DNA of 64,000 nt. Origin: Deltaproteobacteria bacterium. Its GTDB lineage: Bacteria; Myxococcota_A; UBA796; SXON01. Where the stretch lies: the NCBI GenBank assembly GCA_947490345.1, contig CANLGL010000005.1:50314-114313 (forward strand), read 5' to 3'. Positions 58,933-64,000 of this stretch are shown one piece after another (position 1 is the first letter of the stretch; the number at the start of each line of letters is the position of its first letter). Under the pieces are notes generated by a model. That model did not search any database. It saw nothing but the letters and a program-made list of their open reading frames with translations, and was not told where the DNA came from. The translations under genes were made by a program, and so were the position numbers.

Positions 58933-58936
58933 CATG

Positions 58937-59815
58937 TTAGTCGACGAAACTCTCAAGGTTCTTGCGGCGCCGCGACGTACGCAGCTTCCGCAGCGCCTTG
59001 ATTTCGATCTGGCGGATGCGCTCGCGGGTCAGGCAGAACTGGCCACCGATCTCTTCGAGCGAGTAGGCCATCGGCTCCCCGATGCCATAGCGCATGCGAA
59101 TGACCTTCTCCTCGCGAGGGGAAAGCGAGGCGAGTACCTCCTCGATCTCGTAGCGGAGCCCGGATTCCTCAAGGGCCGCGCTCGGCAACTGCGCGTTCGG
59201 GTTCTCGACGAATTCGCCGACCGCGGAATCGCTGTCCTCACTGACCGGGGCGTCGAGCGACACGGGCTCGCGGGTCAGGCGCATCAGGGCTTCGAGCTTG
59301 TCCACATCCACTTCGAGCCGAACGGCGATGTCGGCCAGCGACGGCTCAGTGCCGAACTGTTGGAACATCTCCTTCTGCAGCTGATGGACCTTGTTGACGA
59401 TCTCCAGCTTGTAGATCGGAATTCGGATGGTGCGACACTGGCTTTCGACCGCTCGGATGATGCTCTGCCGGATCCACCAGGAGGCGTAGGTGGAGAACTT
59501 GAAGCCGCGGGTGTGGTCGAACTTCTCGGTGGCCTTCATCAGGCCGATGTTGCCTTCCTGGATGAGGTCGGACAGCGGAATGCCGCGGTAGGTGTAGCCC
59601 TTGGCGATGCTCACCACGAGGCGAAGGTTGGCGTTGACCAATTGCGCCCTGGCCAGTGAGCTGTCGGGGCCACCGGCATCGATCCGGCGAGCAACCTCGA
59701 CTTCGTCGTCACGGTTGAGCAGCGGGATCTCTCCCATCCGCTTGAGGTATTTGTTCAGGAGTACATTTCCCTCACCGACCGGCGACGACCGAACCGCAGG
59801 AGATGCGAAACCCAT
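58937..59815 (-). CDS. RNA polymerase sigma factor, sigma-70 family (RpoD/RpoS-like, regions 1.2-4)
   Basis: ATG 59815 with GGAGG 7 nt upstream. LRLVVSIAKGYTYRGIPLSDLIQEGNIGLMKATEKFD, FSTYASWWIRQSI and LTRERIRQIEIKALRKLR. Confidence 0.9.
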   Translation of the reverse strand: MGFASPAVRSSPVGEGNVLLNKYLKRMGEIPLLNRDDEVEVARRIDAGGPDSSLARAQLVNANLRLVVSIAKGYTYRGIPLSDLIQEGNIGLMKATEKFDHTRGFKFSTYASWWIRQSIIRAVESQCRTIRIPIYKLEIVNKVHQLQKEMFQQFGTEPSLADIAVRLEVDVDKLEALMRLTREPVSLDAPVSEDSDSAVGEFVENPNAQLPSAALEESGLRYEIEEVLASLSPREEKVIRMRYGIGEPMAYSLEEIGGQFCLTRERIRQIEIKALRKLRTSRRRKNLESFVD

Positions 59816-59851
59816 TTGTGTTCCTCCGTGACGTTGTGCATCAGGAAGCAA

Positions 59852-59867
59852 TGCAAAGCCCGTGCCA
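59852..59867 (-). promoter_or_regulatory. consensus sigma-54 promoter TGGCACGGGCTTTGCA
   Basis: Perfect match to TGGCACG-N4-TTGCA on the minus strand, 37-52 nt upstream of the sigma-factor ATG. Confidence 0.6.
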
Positions 59868-60098
59868 CGACGTGCCGCTGCGGTCATGCGATGTCACTCC
59901 TTGTCGGAAACGTCCCTCGGAAGGCCCAACGAGGGGCCCCTGTGCGTTTCTACGGACCGCGTCCAAGAAGCTTTAGAAAATCTGTCTGGCGTTCGTCAAT
60001 CGGGACGTTGTCAAAAAAATCGGACACTCCTGGCGGGGCGGTCCGAGAATCAAGACAACCGCCGCCCGGCGAGGTTCCCGGGGGATGGGCTGGAAGGG

Positions 60099-61178
60099 TC
60101 AAGGACTCGCCGGCGGGAGCGTAGGCACCGCGCGGTTGAGCGCGGCGAACGGGTCGGACTGGCCGCGAGTGACCCGACGCACACGCTCGATGAACCGCAG
60201 CAGATCGCCGTCCTCGTCCGCCAGCAGCGCGTAGAACTCGGCGTCGCCGCTGTTGTAGGTACGGAACTGCGAAAGGCGCGGATTGTTCCAGTCGTTTGAA
60301 CGCACGTGCTCCCGCCAGCGGGCCGGCTCCTCAATCGCGGAATCGGCGACCCGCGCCTCGAGGCTTGCGTAGAGCTCTGCCTTCTTCAGGGCGTGCGTCG
60401 CAGGGTCCATCGAATCGTCGTGATACAACCCATCGAGTTCGTCGTGAAGATCGGATAGGACCTGGCGAAATACCAGCCAGTCCTGGTCGGAGGTGCGAGC
60501 CGAGGTCACCTCAGCGCTGAGCTCCCCGTACTTGGCCACGAGGTAGCCGTCCGCAGCAGTCTCGCCGACCAACCGGGCAAAGCTCTCGTTGAAGCTTACG
60601 CTTCCAGGTACCCACAGCGTTGCGTGCGCCAACTCATGCAGCACCGTCTCGGCAAGACGCGCTTCGTCCCAGCGCAGCATGCTCGGCAGTACGGGATCGA
60701 CAAACCAACCGAGGGTGCTGTAGGCGCCAACCTCACGCACCGCGACCTCGTAGCCGCCGGCTTCGAGCTCCGCCCGGGACCGGGCGACGTCGTCAGCCGT
60801 GAAGTAGCCAAGGTACGGCACCGTCCCGACGATGGGGAACCACCACGTCTTCGGGGACAGAGAGTAGGGTTCACACGCCGACACGTTCCAGATCCGATGG
60901 TCCCATCGGCGCGCGTACTTGCCGTAGTTCCGCGTGGACCGCAGCCCCAGGCGTTGGCCGTACGCCTTGATGTCCGCGACGAGGCGCAATCGCTGCTCCT
61001 GCCCGGCGCTGAGCCTGCCGGACGCGAGCACGTCCGCGACCGGCTCACCGCTCGTCAGGAGCTCCAACTGGAACCCGGCGCTTCGCACCACGTACGCCAC
61101 ACCGCACCCGGACAGGCATAGCGGGACAAGCGCGCTGATCCCGTGGACAATCGCGTGCGTCACGTATGTTTTCATCAT
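60099..61178 (-). CDS. predicted zinc aminopeptidase lipoprotein (putative aminopeptidase family)
   Basis: LCLSGC lipobox. HELAHATLWVPG motif and a WFPIVGTVPYLGYF segment typical of this family, from memory. Confidence 0.65.
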   Translation of the reverse strand: MMKTYVTHAIVHGISALVPLCLSGCGVAYVVRSAGFQLELLTSGEPVADVLASGRLSAGQEQRLRLVADIKAYGQRLGLRSTRNYGKYARRWDHRIWNVSACEPYSLSPKTWWFPIVGTVPYLGYFTADDVARSRAELEAGGYEVAVREVGAYSTLGWFVDPVLPSMLRWDEARLAETVLHELAHATLWVPGSVSFNESFARLVGETAADGYLVAKYGELSAEVTSARTSDQDWLVFRQVLSDLHDELDGLYHDDSMDPATHALKKAELYASLEARVADSAIEEPARWREHVRSNDWNNPRLSQFRTYNSGDAEFYALLADEDGDLLRFIERVRRVTRGQSDPFAALNRAVPTLPPASP

Positions 61179-61217
61179 GACAGCGGTCGCCCTGCGTGAT
61201 AGTCTTTACACGTCAAG

Positions 61218-61514
61218 ATGGATCTGCTCCAACGTCGGCTTGTATGGAACGTTCTACCCACAGTAGTGGTGTTGGGCATCCTCTATCTCGCGGTGTGGGG
61301 CGACAACGGACTGGTCCGGCGGGGCGAGCTATCGGCCGACCTCGTCAAGGCCGAACGCCGGCTCGAAACGATTCGTCGGGAGAATGCGTCGCTCGAACGA
61401 GAGGTGGCGCGCCTGGCCGACGACCCGATCACCCAGCGGCGCGCCGCCGCGGAAGAGCTGCTGCTGGTGCCAGCCCACAGCACCTTGTACCGATTCCCCA
61501 GCGGCACGCCGTAG
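61218..61514 (+). CDS. ftsB: septum formation initiator family protein (FtsB/DivIC)
   Basis: 98 aa. An N-terminal TM segment, then GDNGL and a coiled coil (RLETIRRENASLEREVARLADDP). Confidence 0.7.
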   Translation: MDLLQRRLVWNVLPTVVVLGILYLAVWGDNGLVRRGELSADLVKAERRLETIRRENASLEREVARLADDPITQRRAAAEELLLVPAHSTLYRFPSGTP

Positions 61515-61524
61515 CGCTTCACGA

Positions 61525-62040
61525 CTACGGACAGCGGACCTGTGCCTCCGCCGCACACGCCGCGGCGCAGCGCGCGCGCGCGGTTGCGACGTCCGCGTAG
61601 TTCTGTGCGATGAGGCGGTCGTCGACGGCCTTGCAGATCATCGCGCGCCCGGCGCCAAACACCTTCCAACCTCGGTCCTCCAGGGTCATCACCTCGCCAT
61701 CCCAGCAGGATGTGTCGGCAAGGGTCACAAAACAGTATTTGGATTCGGCGAGCTGTAGGTCAGGAAAACACTCGACGTGGGCTGTCGCGACGGCAGCGTC
61801 ACATCCAGCGACCACCTCGGGCGAAACGAGTGGGCTCTCGGCCTTGACCGCCGCGGCGGCGGCCCGGACCGCGTTGCCAAGGGCCTTTCGGGCGGCACGC
61901 GTGGCGGCGGGCTCCGAGGTTGCCGCGTCAGTCACGGTGATGGGGCCACGGAGCGCGCAGGCTGGCGCAGGGAGCGTCAGCGTGGCAACACAACGGTTGG
62001 GGGTCGCGAGGGCGGCGGCAAACAAGAGGAACAACAACAT
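61525..62040 (-). CDS. hypothetical secreted Cys-rich protein
   Basis: MLLFLLFAAALA signal peptide. About 10 Cys in 171 aa. Confidence 0.55.
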   Translation of the reverse strand: MLLFLLFAAALATPNRCVATLTLPAPACALRGPITVTDAATSEPAATRAARKALGNAVRAAAAAVKAESPLVSPEVVAGCDAAVATAHVECFPDLQLAESKYCFVTLADTSCWDGEVMTLEDRGWKVFGAGRAMICKAVDDRLIAQNYADVATARARCAAACAAEAQVRCP

Positions 62041-62112
62041 AGGGCGCCGCTATCTCACGGGCGGTCATCGGTCCGCAGAGCGCCGCCTTGATGGATTGGG
62101 TAGGATGCAGCA

Positions 62113-62658
62113 ATGTGGTTCCTGCTGCTTGCATGTTCCGGCTCCCCCACCCCCATCGCCGCTGACAAGGTCACCTTCGGGGACGGCACGGTCGGTGTCG
62201 CCCTTGAGCGCCTTGACGCCCGCGTCGACACGATCGAGGCGGCCCCGGACACCGCCACGCGATTGTCAGCGCTTGAAGAGCGGATGGCGCGCCTTGAAGT
62301 GGGGCTCGCCCAGTCCCAGATCAGCGGGGACACCCGGGTCCTGGCGGGTGCTGTGCGGCCGGGCGAGGACTCGCCCAGCACGATGGCGTCGATCGAAGCG
62401 CGCCTGACCAAGCTGGAGGACAAGCTCTTTTCGTCGGGGATGGGTGAGCCGGGCACCGGACTCTTCGAGATTCCCAAGACGCCGCCCAAAGGGGGCGGGG
62501 GGGGCGGCCGTGGGGGCGGTGGCGGGCAGGGCGGCCAGAAAGGCGGACAGCCTCCGCCCGGAGGTCAGGGCGGCCAGCAAGGAGGCGGCGGCCAACAGGG
62601 CGGCGGCGGCCAGCAAGGCGGCGGCGGTCAGCAGGGCGGCGGCGGCCAGCCTCAATAG
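62113..62658 (+). CDS. lipoprotein with coiled-coil segments and Gly/Gln-rich repetitive tail
   Basis: MWFLLLAC lipobox. LEERMARLE and IEARLTKLEDKL heptads. C-terminal GGGGQQ repeats. Confidence 0.65.
   Translation: MWFLLLACSGSPTPIAADKVTFGDGTVGVALERLDARVDTIEAAPDTATRLSALEERMARLEVGLAQSQISGDTRVLAGAVRPGEDSPSTMASIEARLTKLEDKLFSSGMGEPGTGLFEIPKTPPKGGGGGGRGGGGGQGGQKGGQPPPGGQGGQQGGGGQQGGGGQQGGGGQQGGGGQPQ
62581..62652 (+). repeat. 18-nt tandem repeat x4 encoding GGGGQQ
   Basis: Counted directly: GGAGGCGGCGGCCAACAG / GGCGGCGGCGGCCAGCAA / GGCGGCGGCGGTCAGCAG / GGCGGCGGCGGCCAGCCT. Confidence 0.85.
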
Positions 62659-62673
62659 CGCGACGACCAGCGA

Positions 62674-63291
62674 CTAGAAGTCGCCCCCGTTGACCCGGAG
62701 GACGGCCTCAACCGGCAGCCGCTGCTTGCGCGCTCCGGGGCCGCTGGGCTTGCCAACGGCGACGACCATCAGGGCAACGTAGCGCTCGTCATGGCCCAGG
62801 ATGGAACGGTAGGCGTTCGGGTCAAAACCGATCATCGGGCACGAAGCCCAGCCGCGCTCTTCGGCTGCCAGCATCAACGCCATACCGGAGAGTCCAATGG
62901 AGCGAGCCGACTCCTCGCGGGCCCGCACCGGGTCAGAGTAGGACTGGGTCGCCATGTTCACGAGGTAGTCGGCCATCGCCTGGGGGACGTGGCCGGCGGC
63001 GGCGGCGGCGCTCATCCGCTCGGCATACGGCACGTGAGCCTGGAGATCGCCGAGAAGCACGAAAACCGCAGCAGCGTCGGTGATCTTCGCCTGGTTGAAC
63101 GAGGCCTCCCGCAGCCGGGCCTTCAGCGCGGGATCGGTCACCGCGATGTACCGGGTGAACTGGATGTTGAAGCTCGAGGGCGCTTCTTGGGCGAGGCGGA
63201 CCAGCTCGTGGAGCTCGGCCGCGTCGATGGTGGCGGTGGCGTCGAGGCTGGTGTGGGAGAGGCGCGTCTCAAGGGCGGTGGCGACGTTCAT
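62674..63291 (-). CDS. nitroreductase family protein
   Basis: From ATG 63291 (MNVATAL). RLAQEAPSSFNIQ, typical nitroreductase N-terminal and C-terminal patterns. Confidence 0.8.
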   Translation of the reverse strand: MNVATALETRLSHTSLDATATIDAAELHELVRLAQEAPSSFNIQFTRYIAVTDPALKARLREASFNQAKITDAAAVFVLLGDLQAHVPYAERMSAAAAAGHVPQAMADYLVNMATQSYSDPVRAREESARSIGLSGMALMLAAEERGWASCPMIGFDPNAYRSILGHDERYVALMVVAVGKPSGPGARKQRLPVEAVLRVNGGDF

Positions 63292-64000
63292 GGGGATCCT
63301 GGTCTGGCGCGCGATAATCCCGCGATGGCGTCCGGAGGAGGTCCCCAATCGTCAACGCTGTGTTCGCCCAACCGAGGCACAGCGCCCCATACGGGACCGG
63401 TTGGCGGGTGGACGAAGCCTTCGGGCGTGAACAATCCTCGTGTCGCGATATGACGATCACCAGCAACCTCGGCAGGCGCCAGCACCGGTACGACGCAGGC
63501 GTCGCCGAGCTCATCAAGCCATGCATCGCGTGGGCGTGAGCCAAACAGTCGAGCCAGAGACTCCCGCGCGAGGTCACCGCCCACGGCGCTGGCGAGCGGC
63601 TCCAGGAAGCGCGGCTCCAACGCTGCCACCGTGACGAATCCGCCGTCCGCGCACCGATAGACCCCGTACACCGGGGACCCGCCGGTCAGCAGCTCGTCGG
63701 GTGATGCCCCGGCCGCCAACGCGGCGAACTGCGTCTGTTGCAGTCCCACGAGCCCATCGAGCATCGCGATGTCCAGCCAGCCGCCCCGCCCCGCGTGCAC
63801 GGCCGCGAGGATGCGCAGTGCCGCCACCAGGCCTCCGGCCGCAAGATCCCCCCATTGAAGCCGCGGCACCGTCGGCTCCCCGGCCCCGAATACGCCTGCC
63901 AAAGCCAGGAAACCCAGATCGTGCCCGGGCAGCGACGCCATGGGACCCGTCTGCCCCCAGCCGGTCAGCGACGCGACCACGAGCCTGGGAAAACGCTCCA
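63288..64000 (-). CDS. CoA transferase family III (CaiB/BaiF-like), C-terminal part; start lies beyond the window end
   Basis: VASLTGWGQTGP...PGHDLGFLALAGV is a family III CoA-transferase pattern. The frame is open to the window edge. The stop overlaps the nitroreductase ATG by 4 nt (ATGA). Confidence 0.8.
   Translation of the reverse strand, partial: ERFPRLVVASLTGWGQTGPMASLPGHDLGFLALAGVFGAGEPTVPRLQWGDLAAGGLVAALRILAAVHAGRGGWLDIAMLDGLVGLQQTQFAALAAGASPDELLTGGSPVYGVYRCADGGFVTVAALEPRFLEPLASAVGGDLARESLARLFGSRPRDAWLDELGDACVVPVLAPAEVAGDRHIATRGLFTPEGFVHPPTGPVWGAVPRLGEHSVDDWGPPPDAIAGLSRARPGSP

Overview
High-GC (roughly 68-70% by eye) chromosomal segment with about 55 tightly packed protein-coding genes on both strands. 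I recognised no rRNA, tRNA, CRISPR array, transposase, integrase or prophage module.

Several features point to a Myxococcota-type genome, which is an inference. These are MYXO-CTERM-like sorting tails, MopE-like Cys/Asp repeats, thrombospondin-type-3 and FG-GAP repeats, about 15 lipobox lipoproteins, and three sigma-54-type promoters.

Secure housekeeping anchors are lgt, pfkA, purB, grpE, slyX, lspA, two cyclophilins, gcvP, ftsB, an RpoD-like sigma factor, a LysR regulator, an S8 and an S9 peptidase, an M50 protease and a hybrid histidine kinase.

Observations most worth follow-up:
1. A translationally coupled minus-strand operon (33209-39047) encodes an FG-GAP/MopE lipoprotein, two paralogous GTPases and a propeller-like lipoprotein. 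Both GTPases carry the same unusual changes in the Mg-site motifs: Walker A GKD instead of GKS/T, and G3 NxPG instead of DxxG.
2. A protein with two complementary class III cyclase-homology domains fused to a P-loop/TPR STAND module lies divergent from a pentapeptide-repeat plus hydrolase pair.
3. A 1193-codon ORF has a MYXO-CTERM-like sorting signal immediately followed by a signal-peptide-like segment in its middle.
4. A conserved promoter cassette (two 21-bp-phased direct repeats, an A-tract and a sigma-54 -24/-12 element) occurs twice. A third, consensus sigma-54 promoter sits in front of a sigma-70-family gene.
5. A slyX / VWA lipoprotein / AhpD-like / ArsS (arsenosugar-type radical SAM) operon has no arsM in view.
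6. An orphan N6-adenine DNA methyltransferase is present.

All homology statements come from motif recognition by eye, not from searches. Start codons in this GC range are often ambiguous. I cannot claim that any of these is a truly undescribed system.
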